64,000 bases of DNA, taken from assembly GCA_038087875.1 (NCBI GenBank), contig CM075994.1, forward strand, positions 9,240,001-9,304,000, read 5' to 3'. Below the pieces are notes generated by a model, which saw only the letters and a list, made by a program, of their open reading frames with translations, did not search any database and was not told where the DNA came from. Below are positions 36,190 through 49,400 of this stretch, in pieces. The DNA comes from Malacoraja senta (taxonomy: Eukaryota). The translations under genes and the position numbers were made by a program. Within the stretch, counting starts at the first letter, position 1. The number at the start of each line of letters is the position of its first letter.

Positions 36190-38141
36190 ATATAAACATA
36201 TAACAATTACAGCATGGAAACAGGCCATCTCGGCCCTTCTAGTTCGTGCCGAATACTTACTCTCACCTAGTCCCATCTACCTGCACTCAGACCATAACCC
36301 TCCATTCGTTTCCCGTCCATATACCTATCCAATTATTATTAGATAAAAACGAACCTGCCTCCACCACTTCCACTGGAAGCTCATTCCACACAGCTACCAC
36401 TCTCTGAGAAAACAAGTTTCCCCTCATGTTGTCCCTAAACCTTTGTCCCTTAATTCTCAAATCATGTCCTCGTGTTTGAATCTTCCCTACTCTCAATGGG
36501 AAAAGCTTATTCACGTCAAATCTGTCTATCACTCTCATAATTTTAAAGACCTCTATCAAGTCCCCCCTTAACCTTCTGCGCTCCAAAGAATAAACACCTA
36601 TCTTGTTGAACCTTTCTCTGTAACTTAGGTGCTGACACCCAGGCAACATTCTAGTAAATCTCCTCTGTACTCTCTCTATTTTGTTGACATCCTTCCTATA
36701 ATTAGGCGACCAAAATTGTACTCCATACTCCAGAATTGGCCTCACCAATGCCTTGAAGAATTTTAACATTACATCCCAACTTCTATACTCAATGCTCTGA
36801 TTTATAAATGCCAGCACACCAAAAGCTCTCTTTACCACCCTATCTACATGAGATTCCACCTTCAGGGAACTATGCACAGTTATTCCAAGATCCGTCTGTT
36901 CAACTGCATTCCTCAATTCGCTACCATTTACCATGTACGTCCTATTTTGATTTGTTCTGCCAAGATGTAGCACCTCACACTTATCAGCATTAAACTGCAT
37001 CTGCCATCTTTCAGCCCGCTCTTCCAAATGGCCTAAATCTCTCTGTAGACTTTGAAAATCTACTTCATTATCCACAACACCACATATCTTAGTATCATCT
37101 GCATACTTACTAATCCAATTTACCACACCATCATCCAGATCAATGATGTATATGACAAACAACAGTGGACCCAACACAGATCCCCGAGGCACCCCACTAG
37201 TCACCGGCCTCCAACCTGACAAACAGTTATCCACCATGACTCTCTGGTATCTCCCATTCAGCCACTGTTGAATCCATCTTGCTACTCCACTATTAATACC
37301 CAACAATTGAACCTTCTTAACCAACCTTCCATGTGGAACCTTGTCAAAGGCCTTACTGAAGTCCATATAGACAACATCCACTGCTTTCCCCTCATCAATT
37401 TCCCTAGTAACCTCTTCATAAAATTCAAGAAGATTAGTCAAACATGACCTTCCAGGCACAAATCCATGTTGACTGTTCCTAATCAGACCCTGTTTATCCA
37501 GATGATTATATATCTTATCTCTAAGTATCCTTTCCATTAATTTGCCCACCACTGATGTCAAACTAACAGGTCTATAATTGCTAGGTTTACTCTTAGAACC
37601 CTTTTTAAACAATGGAACAACATGCGCCGTACGCCAATCCTCCGGCACTATTCCCGTTTCTAATGACATTTGAAATATTTCTGTCATAGCCCCTGCTATT
37701 TCTACACTAACTTCCCTCAATGTCCTAGGAATTTTCTGTCAGGACCTGGAGACTTATCCACGTTTATATTTTTCAAAAGTGTCAATACTTCCTCTTCTTT
37801 GATCCTCAGTTTCCATAGCTACCCTACTTGTTTCCCTTACCTCACATAATTCAATATCCTTCTCCTTGGTGAATACCGAAGGAAAGACATTGTTCAATAT
37901 CTCCCCCATCTCTTTTAGCTCTGCAGATAGCTGTCCACTCTGACTCTCTAATGGACCAATTTTATCCCTCGTTATCCTTTTGCTATTAATATAGCTGTAG
38001 AAACCCTTTGGATTTACTTTCATTTTACTTGCCAAAGCAACCTCATATCTTCTTTTAGCTTTCCTAATTTCTTTCTTAAGATTCTTTTTACATTCTTTAT
38101 ACTCCTCAAGCACCTCATTTACTCCATGCTACTTATAATTA
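36190..38141 (-). mobile_element. 5'-truncated CR1 LINE (copy 3 of 3)
   Basis: RT ORF 36287-37720. Confidence 0.88.
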
Positions 38142-38832
38142 TGGCTGATCATCCCCAATCAGTACCCCATTCCAGCCTTCTTCCCATATACACTGACTCC
38201 TCTATCTTTAGGAGCCCTATCTAGCTCTCCCTTGAAAGTATTGGCATTGCCTTCGTCAACTTGAAGGAGGTTGTCCATGCGCTGCCATCATAACATGCTT
38301 GTCTAGCCCCCTGAGATAAACAGTATTATAAGGTCATGCAGTAGGTGATAGGAGAAGAACAAGGCCATTCGGCCCATCAAGTCTACTCCGCCATTCAATC
38401 ATGGCTGATCTATCTCTCCCTCCTAACCCCATTCTCCTGCCTTCTCCACATAACCCCTGACACCCGCCCTAATCAAGAATCTATCTATCTCTGCGGTAAA
38501 AATATCAATTCACTTGGCCTCCACAGCCTTCTGTTGGAGTTACTGAAGCTGTATATATATGTAACCAGCTCCAAAACATAATTCAAATCAATAACAAATA
38601 AAAAAAGTACATTGGAAGATTGAGGAATTACAGAACCCATAGAACTAACCACCATCGATGAACTAATCCTGAACCTGGATGAGGGTTACTGATTTTGAAA
38701 TGAAAAGGATTTGCACATCTGTTAGATTAAGTTGCTCATCTCTTGGAAATCAAGTGTTAAGACTCATTATCCCTGATCTTCAGACAAAAAGCACCCAGAA
38801 GATTGCACTGTCATTATTATTATGCACTTGCT

Positions 38833-41800
38833 TCACATAAATATTGCAAACCAGACTGAGACCAGAGCAGGGAACAGCAGAAGAGATAATTTAACTTGGT
38901 CACTCGCGTTGCAGAGGTCAGTATCACAACAGTGGATAGAGACCAGGGCTCCTCCGATATTTTGCTGGAAATTACAAAGAGCAGGGAGAATACATGCGGC
39001 TTCGTAAAACGTTAAATTTCCTGGAAAAACAGAATGGATAGTTTAATTTCTGTGTTTATAGTTCACGAGACCAAGTGGGACCCGTTGGGTCTCATCCCCT
39101 CTACGCGTGGTTGCAGTGACACACACACACTAACCACCCCCACACACACACTAACCACCCCCCACACACACACACTAACCACCCCGCACACACACACTAA
39201 CCACCCCCCACACACACACTAACCACCCCCCACACACACACTAACCACCCCCCACACACACACTATACACCCCCCACACACACACTAACCAACACCCACA
39301 CTAACCACCCCCACACTATACACTCCCCAAACACACACACACTAACCACCCCCCACACATACACTAACCACCCCCACACACACTATACACCCCCCACACA
39401 CACTAACCAACCAGCCCCCCACTCACTAACAACCCCATTGATTTTATATTAATATTATTCATACATTACTTTTACTCCATCCCCCACCCTATCCACTCAT
39501 GTATAGCCCCCAACTCGCAGGCACGGCTCGAGAGAGGGGGGCAGACAGAGAGGGACACAGAAGCACAGAGAGGGACACAGAGGCAGAGGGAGGGACACAG
39601 AGGCAGAGGGTGGGAGGGGGAGAGGGGGGGGCAAGAGGGAGTGTGAGGGGGCAGAGAGGGAGCAGGGGGCAGAGAGGGAGCAGGGGGGCAGAGAGGGAGG
39701 GGTGTAGTGTTTGAGGGCTGGGAGGGGGGGGGGTGGGGCGTCATCACGGGGGAGGGTTGGTTCCCGAACTAAATACTCCTTCGCTTCCGGCTGCAAAACG
39801 CACCCGTCCCCAACCCAGTTGTCCCCACGGGAGGCATGTGGGGGGGGGTGGGGGGGCAGAGAGGGAGCGTGAGGGGGGCAGAGAGGGAGGGGGGTAGAGT
39901 TTGAGGGGTGTGGGCGCATCGTCAGAGGGGAAGGCTGGTTCCCGAACCTCGCTCCCGGCTTCAGGCTGCAGGTTGGGTGAGGTTCCTCGCAGCGTGAGAA
40001 AGAAGACAGCGGGGTTTTTATCAAAAGTTTGTCGGCAGCGACGGACTGGACGGGACCCGAGAGCTCTAGGACAGGGCCCAACTTGCTCGCTCTTCACTCG
40101 CTGCGTGTGCCGCTGTCTTCAGCGATGATCTTTGGTCTTCAGTCAACAGGGTGACATTTAATCAATGGGGGAGGAGGGAGGGGCAGGAGGAGACGTCACT
40201 CTTTTATAGTTAGAAGGATGAATCATTTTAGAGTGACACAGTGCAGATACAGGCCCTTTGGCCCAACTTGCCCACACCGGCCAACATGTCCCAGCTACAT
40301 TAGTCCCACCTGCCTGCGCTTGGTCCACATCCCTCCAAACTTGTCCGATCAATGTACATGTGCCTTAAACGTTGCGATAGTCCTTGCCTCAACTACCTCC
40401 TCTGGCAGCTTGTTCCATACACCCACCACCCTTTGTGTGAATGCCACTGAGTTTTCACATTCCTATGAGTAAATCAGCTATTTATTCACAGCATCGTACA
40501 GTCTTAACATCTTTACGAGGATGTTGCCAGGACTACAGGGTGTGAGCTATAGGGAGAGGCTGAGCAGGCTGGGTGTCTATTCCTTGGAGCGCAGGAGGAT
40601 GAGAGTTGATCCTATAGAGGTGTATAAAATCACGAGAGGTATAGATCGGGTAGACGCACAGAGCCTCCTGCCCAGAGTAGGGGAATCGAGGACCAGAGGA
40701 CATAGGTTTAAGGTGAAGGGCAAAAAATGTAATAGGAATCTGTATCTCTAAACTAGAGATGTGCATCTCAAATTGGTTCATACTTACCAGCCTCTGCAAC
40801 CCCAAGGTAACATTGCATGCCCCCAGGGCAGTTAACAGTATTATCCACGCACCTTTCCTGTGATACTAAGCAGTAGTAACACTGCAAACAGTTACCTGTA
40901 CATTGAGAACAAAACAGAGGAGGTTGTGTGAGAGACACCTGCAGCTCGTTCTGCTGCTGCTCTGAGCACGAACAACTCCTTTCACTAAACATAGAACAAT
41001 ACCGACACCAAATGCTGGAGTAACTCAGCGGGTCAGGCAACCGCTCTGGAGAAGAGGTACAGGTGATGTTTTGGTCGAGACCCTCCCAAATCCCAGCTGG
41101 TTGTACTGGTTTGATGAAACAGTCTGAAGAAGGGTTTCGGCCAGAAACGTTGCCTATTTCCATGGCTCCATAGATGCTGACCTACCCGCTGAGTTTCTCC
41201 AGCAATTTTGTCTACCGTACTGGTTTGAAAGACGTCTTCTCGAGTCTCATTCTCTGTAACTCGTTCTCACCGCGCCCACAGCTACCAATGGCCTGTTTCC
41301 TTTTATCATCTTTTCCTTTTTGCATATCTTTCATTCATTTGTTGAATATCTCTCGATATCACTGTCTATCTCTCTCGCTTCCCTTTCGCTTGACTCTCAG
41401 TCTGAAGAAGGGCCTCGACCCATAACGTCACCCATTCCTTCTCTCCAGAGATGCTGCCTGTCCCGCTGAGTTACTCAAGCACTTTGTGTCCATTTTTGGA
41501 GTAATCCAACATCTGCAGTTCCTTCCTACACCTAAGTGCTGTAGAGCCCTCTGATGTTTACAGCATGTAAAGAGGCCATTCGGCCCACCGAGTCCGTGCG
41601 GACCAGTGATCACCCCGTACACTGACACTATCCTACACACTGCCGAAGTAGTATCTAAACTACCTATACACGTATAGTTTTGCCTTTTTGCACTATTATT
41701 GTTTGGTTCATGTGTACATATGTGTGTGTGTGTGATTGTGTGCGTGTGCGTGTTCGTGTGTGTGAGTGTGTGGGTGTGAGTGTGTGTGGCAAGGAACTGC

Positions 41801-42153
41801 AGATGGTGGTTTACACTGAAGATGGACATAAAATGCTGGAGTAACTCAGCGGGACAGGCAGCATCTCTGGAGAGATGGAAGGGTCTCGACCTGAAACGTC
41901 ACCATTCCTTCTATCTGGGACATATAAAAATAAAACACTCTGGACCTGACAATAACTAACTCCATATTCAGTAACAAACTCTCTACATGTGAACGAACAC
42001 ACAGCTTAATGTTTAACCAAGAATTCCAATCCCACTTGAGAATCTAAAATGCCTTTCCACAGTTAAACTAGAGGACAAGAACAATAGTTATATTTCCTTA
42101 CCCGGAGAGGCACTAAGAATGAGACCAGCTACCAGGACCACAAGGTAATTCAT
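38833..42153 (-). CDS. Complete Ly6/uPAR (three-finger) GPI-anchored protein gene B, 115 aa; exons 42153-42102, 40895-40788, 39020-38833
   Basis: Spliced product MNYLVVLVAGLILSASPG NCLQCYYCLVSQERCVDNTVNCPGGMQCYLGVAEAG NLTFYEAACILPALCNFQQNIGGALVSIHCCDTDLCN ASDQVKLSLLLFPALVSVWFAIFM*: signal peptide, 10-Cys LU domain ending CCxxxxCN, hydrophobic GPI-type tail; GT-AG phase-1 introns; 52+108+188=348 bp. Confidence 0.9.
39066..40218 (-). mobile_element. Non-autonomous Helitron in intron 2 of Ly6 gene B (partial copies near 30202-30863 and 34714-35381)
   Basis: Minus-strand 5' TC and 3' hairpin plus CTCG; A|T target; empty site in gene C near 62379 (gttca|tgtatcatttt); internal (CA)-rich minisatellite. 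Confidence 0.8.
41115..41216 (+). mobile_element. ~100-bp Penelope-derived insertion containing a hammerhead-like motif
   Basis: TSD GTACTGGTTTGA at 41103-41114 and 41217-41228; empty sites in paralogs near 586 and 63633. Confidence 0.85.
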
Positions 42154-42602
42154 CTTTGGATTTGAACAGCTGAGCTTCGAGGGCAACAGAGAGAACAGGA
42201 ATTTTTTCGAACAGAAGTCTTCAAATTCCCTGAAATCTGTAGAAGGATCCCAACTGGAAACGTCACCAGTCCGTGTTCTCCAGAGATGCTGCCCGACTCG
42301 CCGAGTTACGCCAGCACTCTGAGCCTTTATTGAAAACCCCTTGTGATTTTGACTATGGAATGGTCTTACAGAGGTAGGGGGAGGAGGCAAGGAAAAGATC
42401 GAATTACTGATGACTACTGATTGCATCCGGCAGTTTGGAAACGGGCTATTCATGTTGTGTAACAGCCTTCAGTCATGGTAGTCTGCCTCGCGGAGACGTG
42501 ATCTGTTTCACGAAAAAGTAATTGGAAATCGGAATGGAAGCTGAAAGCAGCAAAAAGATTATTCACGTGGCTTGGGCAAAAAGACACAAAGTGCAGGGGG
42601 AA

Positions 42603-42875
42603 AGGGCATGTCCCACTTACGCGACCTTTACAGGCGACTGCTGGCATCCGTGATAGGTCGCCTGTTGAAAAATGTTGAAAATCCACAACATAGGAGACCT
42701 CTCAAGATCATACAGCCTGTATGGTCGTGAGAGGTCTCCTATGGTCGTGAGAGTTCTCCAAAGAGTCGCAGCGTCTTTCTGGTCACCACTGAATTTTCAA
42801 TATGTTGAAAATTTCGGCAATCTATCACGGGTGCCGACAGTCGCCTGTAAAGGTCGCGTAAGTGGGACAGGCCCT
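42603..42875. mobile_element. PIF/Harbinger-like MITE with ~55-bp TIRs
   Basis: AGGGCATGTCCCACTTACGCGACCTTTACAGGCGACTG / CAGTCGCCTGTAAAGGTCGCGTAAGTGGGACAGGCCCT; TAA-type target inside a Penelope-derived repeat. Confidence 0.75.
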
Positions 42876-43825
42876 TAACTCAGCGGGTCAGGATGCATAT
42901 CTGGAGAACGTGGAAAGATGACTCCAGCACTTGGTGGATTCTGAAAAAGTATCCCGAACTGAAATTGTCTATCCGCGTTCTCCAGAGATGCTGCCTGACC
43001 CACTGAGTTACTCCAGCACTTTGTACCTATCCATGTTCTCCAGAGATGCTGCCTGACCCGCTGAGTTACTCCAGCACTTTGTACCTATCTACGTTCTCCA
43101 GAGATGCTGCCTGACCCGCTGAGTTACTCCAGCACTTTGTACCTATCCGTGTTCTCCAGAGATGCTGCACAGTTGGAACAGTTTAATAACGACACATTAA
43201 AATCCGCCCTTCGGCCACTCGGCAAGCTGGGCTGATCTGATCTGACAGCCACTCGCTAGCTCGCTGCGTGCCCGATCCTAACGCAGAACTTCCACAAAAC
43301 CTTTGTGCTTCGGGTAACACCTACACCAAGAGCCTCTGCTAACAAGGGCTGGTGAACTGTGCTGGTCAACATGCACTGGGCGAGATGGCTGGGGGGAACA
43401 CACCACAACCACCGCAAACTTGGAACAGCACAGACAATCTATCCAATACTATAGGGCAGGCATTTCACAGTTAAATGTCTTATATCAGATTGGCGGCTCC
43501 TTCACAGGGCCAACCCAGTACTCAGTGTTCCTCGGAGATGAATCTTTGCCTTAATTCACACCACCTGTAGGTGAAGCATCAGCCCACATCACACTGATAC
43601 AGTCGCTGCCTGCCTCAGATTCAATATATTTTTACACATAAATTATGAATAAAGATAAAAAAATGTTTCAAACACAAGTAATAATTTCTTATTCCAGTAG
43701 CAAACACATTAAGGATGAAATGAAAATAATAAATTCTTTAACTTAATGAATATCTCATAATTGCAGAATAATGAAGTGAACTAGAACTGAGACTGTGTGA
43801 GTAGTGTGTGAACAGCAGAACAAGA

Positions 43826-43956
43826 AGGAGTCTGAAGAAGGGTCTCGACCCGAAACATCACCTGTTGTTTCGCTCCATAGATGCTGCCTCACCCGCTGAG
43901 TTTCTCCAGCATTTTTGTGTGCCTTCGATTTCTCCCGCATCTGCAGTTCTTTCTTA
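43826..43956 (+). mobile_element. ~130-bp Penelope-derived insertion containing a hammerhead-like motif
   Basis: TSD AGCAGAACAAGA at 43814-43825 and 43957-43968. Confidence 0.8.
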
Positions 43957-44739
43957 AGCAGAACAAGACAGGAAGCTGTTGAGTTGACAAAATTCTAGAT
44001 TACTTCCTTGGTGGAATAGTTCACAATTTATACACTGTTAATACAGCGCTGAGTTAACTTGTTTATCCCGAATGACCTTTGACAAATCCCATGATTCTTT
44101 GCGTTTATCGCGATACCGAACTCGCATATTAAAGGACGTTCCTTTAGGAAGGAGATGAGGAGGAATTTCTTCAGTCAGAGGGTGGCGAATCTGAGGAATT
44201 AATTGCCACAGAAGGCTGTGGAGGCCACAAGTCAGTGGATATTGTTAAGGCATATATAGATTCTTGATTACTACAGTTGGCAGGGGTTATGGGGAGAAAG
44301 CAGGAGAATGGCGTTAGGAGGGAGAGATAGATCATCCACGATTGAATAGAGGAGTAGACTTGATGGGCAGAATGGCCATATTCTGCTCCTGTCCCTTATG
44401 ACCTTCTGACACGAGTTCTATGTTATCCCTCTTTCACATCCACTGCCTGATGGAGCCCGGGACTCTGGCGCTGTGAGGCAGCAGCTCTACCCGCTGCATG
44501 CCGTGGCGCACATGTTGAAATCTGCTGGGTGCTGGCATGCGCATGAATCAAGAACCTGGTACTGTCAGAGGCCGAAACCCTGTCACGTGACTCGGGCTGT
44601 TGTCAGTTGACCAGCTGGTGCTCTTCCCGTTAAAGAATCTATCTATGCCTTAAAAATATCCACTGACTTGGCCTCCACAGCCGTCTGTGGCAATGAATTC
44701 CTCAGCTTCACCACCCTCTGACTAAAGAAATTCCTCCTC

Positions 44740-46860
44740 ATCTCAATAGACATTCGGTGCAGGACTAGGCCATTCGGCCCTTTGAGCCAGCACCTCCATT
44801 CAATGTGATAATTGGCTGATCATCCACAATCAATACCCCATTCCTGCCTTCTCCCCATAACCTCAGACTCCGCTATCTTTAAGAGCCCTATGCAGTGGCC
44901 CCTAGTTCTGCACTCCCCCAACATCGAGAACATGTTTCCTGCCTCTAGCGTGTCAAAACCCTTAATCTATATTACTCAAAGTCTGATCTTGACCACTTCC
45001 TGTTAATAATAATAATAATAATAATAATAGATAATAATAATTATAAAGTCTGATCTCAGAGTCCCCCTCTGCTGCGCAAGACGAGAGGATTTTTGCAATC
45101 GATGAAAAATAAAAGAGTTATTAGTGTTTAAAAAATGTTGGACTATAAAACCCGGCAGTGTTGTGTGCCTCTGCAAGATGGGGGGGGGGGGGGGCGAGAG
45201 GGTTACGTCTCTCAGTCTGAGCTGTGAATAACACTGAACACATGTCTACTAAACTGTGAGTGGTTATACTGACCTGTCAGTGCCCTTAATGGTTTGGAAA
45301 GGCTAAAGCTGTGTTGCCTTTGGTTTGGAAATGCTAAAGCTGTGTTGCCTAATTAAAGTTGCCTTGCCGAATTAAAGTTGCCTTGCCTTCTATATCATTA
45401 AAAGTCTAATCTTCACCACTTTCTGTTTGTGCTTTATATTGATTTTAGAAAAAACGCTATTACCTTACTCAGAGTCCCCCTCTGGCATCAGGTGCTGAGG
45501 ATTTTTCCCATCGATCAAAAATAAAAGAGTTATTAGTGTTTAAAAAAGGTTGAGATTCTCTCTCCTGTCAATCGCGCCATGAAGGCCACGCCCCTTCTGG
45601 TGGGAGGAGGAGGGTCTATAAAACCCAGAAGTGTGGGTGTGGCTCAGTCTCTGCAAGATTGAGGAGGGAGAGGTCACGACTCGCTGCCTTTAGTGGCTTT
45701 GTACCCTGCTTGAGATGGTATGAAACTGCACTTGAATTTGGTGGCCTTGCACCCTGCTTGAAGTGGTAAGAAACTGCACTTGAATTTGGTGGCCTTACAC
45801 CCTGCTTGAAATGTAATTTAAAGAATAGCTGTGAGTCAACTGCCAGCCCACCAACCATGAGTGAGTGAGCTGCCAGCACAACACGCTTGAGTGACTGAGT
45901 AGACAGCCCAAGAATCCATTCGGCCCACAATGTCCATACTAGCCCTCTGGAAACCAGTCCCTTCAGCCTACAACATCCATACTAGCGCTCCAGAAAGCCC
46001 TCCCCCACTGGTCACCAATATTGGAATTCGTGGAGAGGTGAAATATTGCGTTGGGGGACCAGCCCTCCCGTGTGATGCTGGTACCCAACAGGTCCCACTT
46101 AGTCTAGTAATCTTATATGTTTCAATAAAATACCCTCTCATCCTTCTAAACTCCAGAGTATACAAGCCCAGTCGCTCCATTCTCTCAGCATATGACAGTC
46201 CCGCAATCCCGGGAATTAACCTTGTAAACCTACGCTGCACTTCCTCAATAGCAATAATGTCCTTCCTCAAATTAGGGGACCAAAAATGCACAGAATACTC
46301 CTGGTGTGGTCTCACTAGGGCCCTATACAACTGCAGAAGGACCTATTTGCTCCTATGCTCAACTCCTCTTGTTATGAAGGCCAACATGCCATTCACTTTC
46401 TTCACTGCCTGCTGTACCTGCATGCTTACTTTAATTGACTGATGAACGAGGATCCCGAGATCCCATTGTACTTCCCCTTTTCCCAACTTGACATCATTTT
46501 GATAATCTGCCTTCCTTTTTTTGCTACCAAAGTGAATAACCTCACATTTATCCACATTAAACTGCACCTGCCATGCATCTGCCCACTCATCCAAACTGTC
46601 CAAGTCACCCTCCATTCTCAAAGCATCCTCCTCACAGTTCACACTGCCACCCAGCTGTGTGTCATCTGCAAATTTGGTAATGTCACTTTGAATCCCTTCA
46701 TCTAAATCATTGATGTATATTGTAAATAGCTGCGGACCCAGCACCGAGCCTTGCGGTACCCCACTAGTCACTGCCTGCCATTCTGAAAGAGACCCGTTAA
46801 TCCCTACTCTGTTTCCTGTCTGCCAACTGATTTTCTATCCATGTCAGCACTCTACCCCCA
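44740..46860 (-). mobile_element. CR1 LINE fragment interrupted by a Helitron
   Basis: RT ORFs 46343-46771 and 45968-46330; 3' end at 44740-44965. Confidence 0.75.
44966..46107 (+). mobile_element. Non-autonomous Helitron inserted in a CR1 remnant
   Basis: 5' TC, 3' hairpin (GGTACCCaacAGGTCCC, consensus GGGACCCaacGGGTCCC) then CTAG; inserted between A and T of CR1 'cccttaa|taatcttatatg' with no TSD. Confidence 0.85.
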
Positions 46861-47015
46861 AAGGAACTCTACTTCCTAAAGAAACGTCCTTTAATAAGCA
46901 AACTCGGTATTACAACTGCCCAGGTCATGGGTCATTCGGGATAAACTTTCTCGACAGCTGAGCGACTGCGTGTGTACGGACCTGCTTATTCATTTCAATG
47001 AGATTTATAAATAAA

Positions 47016-49400
47016 CTAGACTGTGGGACCCGTTGGGTCCCATTCTCACACGGGAGACCTGGTCCCCCAAGCAATATTCCACCTCTCCACCAATTCCAAT
47101 ATTCCACCACTCACGCATAGCCCCAACTGTGCAGGCACGGCTGACGGGTTTCCGTGGTGATGCCCCATGTCCCACCCCACTCTGTCCCTTGCCCTTTTTC
47201 CCACGCACTCACTCTATTCTCCCCTCACCCCGCCCCCCATCCACTCTTAATGGCTCTCCGGCGGCGCAGCCATTCCCTCCCATTGGGTTCCCATAGAACA
47301 CGCAGGTATTACTACGCAGGCGCAGCTGCCGGGCAAGACAAGTGGAAAAGGGAATTATTACAGCTTAAAATGTGAATAACTCTTAAAATATAACATCAAC
47401 TATAAACGGTAAAGATGAGATTTATTCAGTCCATTCTTTCTTGTTGTGTCTCTTGTTGCGTTCTGCAGCCGTGGGAGGGGATTGGCCACGTGGGGCTGTC
47501 AGGGGCCGAGGGGAGGCATCCTGCAGCCGGGGGAGGGGGATGGCTTCAGGTGGTGGCCAGTGCGGGGGGGCTTTCTGGAGGACTAGTATGGATGTTGTGT
47601 GCCGAAGGGACTGGTTTCCAGAGGGCTAGTATGGACATTGTGGACCGAATAGATTTTTGGGCTAGTCCTGCAGCTGGGCATTGGGAGGCTTCAGGTGGGG
47701 GCCGACGGGAGCATTCTGTAGCTGGGGGGACGATTCAGGCAGGGGCCGGTGGGGGGGGGGGGGCGGAGGAAAGCGCTGCCGTGTCCTGCCGCTGCCGTGG
47801 CCTGCCGCTGGGGGGGGGTTGTGCAATGGGAGGGGATGGGGGCGTGTGGGCGGAGTTGGTGAGCCCCGCCAGCGCCTGGCCCCGCCAGTGCCCGTCTCCG
47901 TCAATCCCCTTACTTTCATTCCTCACTTCCCGAGGATCTTGAGTTGGCAGCAATCGGGCAGGTTCCGCGCCAATTCTGGACTCACATTTCACTCGCTCAC
48001 GGCTTCTGGACTCGCAATTCACTCAGTCCGGCTTGTGGACTCAGTTTACTCCGTTGCGGCTTGTGGACTCGCAGTTTAGCATTCTCAAACCAACTTTTCA
48101 ACTAGGCAAGGCAACTTTTGCATTCTCAGACTAACTTTTCAATGAGGCATGGGAAATTTAGCATTCTCAAACCAACTTTTCAATTTTGCAAGGCATTCTC
48201 AAATCAACTTTTCAATTAGGCAAAGCATTCTCAAACCAACTTTTCAATTAGGCAAGGCAACTTTAGTATTCTCAAACCAACTTTTCAAATAGGCAAGGCA
48301 ACTTTAGCATTCTCAAACCAACTTTTCAATTAGGCAAGACATTCTCAAATCAACTTTTCAATTAGGTAAAGCATTCTCAAACAAACTTTTCAATTAGGCC
48401 AGGCAACTTTTGCATTCTCAAACCAACTTTTCAATTAGGCAAGGCAACTTTAGCATTCTCAAACCAACTTTTCAATTAGGCAAGGCAACTTTTGCATTCT
48501 CAAACCAACTTTTCAATTAGGTAAGGCAACTTTAGCATTCTCAAACCAACTTTTCGATTAGGCAAGGCAACTTTAGCATTCTCAAACCAACTTTTCAATT
48601 AGGCAAGGCATTCTCAAATCAACTTTTCATTTAAGCAAAGCATTCTCAAACCAACTTTTCAATTAGGCAAGGCAACTTTTGCATTCTCAAACCAACATTT
48701 CAATTAGGCAAGGCAACTTTAGCATTCTCAAACCAACTTTACAATTAGGCAAGGCAACCTTGGCATTCTCAAATCAACTTTTCAATTAGGCAAAACATTC
48801 TCAAACCAACTTTTCAATTAGGCAAGGCATTCTCAAATCATCTTTTCAATTAGGCAAGGGAACTTTAATTAGGCAAGGCAACTTTCATTAGGCAAGGCGA
48901 CTTTCATTAGGCAAGGCGACTTTCATTGGCAATACTACTTTAGCATTTCCAAACCAAAGGCAACACAGCTTTGGCATTTCCAAACCAAAGGCAACACAGC
49001 TTTAGCATTTCCAAACTATAATTTCAAACCACATTAAGGGCACTGACAGGTCAGTAAAACCACTCACAGTTTAGTAGACATGTGTTCAGTGTTATTCACA
49101 GCTCAGATTGAGAGACGTGACCCTCTCACCTCCCCATCTTGCAGAGACTGCCTGAGGCACTCAACACCTCCGGGTTTTCTAGTCCCTCCGGAAAGGGCGT
49201 GGCCTTCAGGAGGGAGAATCTCAACATTTTTCAAACACTAATAACTCTTTTATTTTTCATCGGTGTGAAAAATCCTTTTGTCCTGCGCAGCATAGGGGGA
49301 CTCTGAGTAAGATGGCCGGAAATCCACAGCCGATAGTGGCAGCGTGTTTTCTAAAATCAATATACAGAACAACACGAAGTGGTCAAGATCAGATTTATAT
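47016..49400 (-). mobile_element. Non-autonomous Helitron with large internal minisatellite
   Basis: CTAG and GGGACCCgttGGGTCCC hairpin at 47016-47041; 49020-49395 is the reverse complement of the 5' part of 44966-45300. Confidence 0.7.
48075..49015. repeat. Minisatellite of 41/31-bp units (GCATTCTCAAACCAACTTTTCAATTAGGCAAGGCAACTTTA)
   Basis: More than 20 adjacent variant units. Confidence 0.9.

Larger units (their letters stand above)
23168..39722. repeat. Tandem triplication of a ~4.4-4.5 kb unit (about 23168-30863, 30864-35381, 35382-39722)
   Basis: Near-identical units sharing Penelope fragment, CR1, Ly6 terminal exon and partial Helitron; unit 1 has an extra 3.2-kb CR1, unit 3 lacks ~175 bp of SINE near 35808. 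Confidence 0.92.

Noticed and set aside
38833..42153. Assigning a specific symbol (CD59, LY6E, LY6G5B) or calling the product a secreted toxin
   Set aside because: Orthology cannot be determined by eye, and the hydrophobic C-terminal tail indicates GPI anchoring rather than secretion
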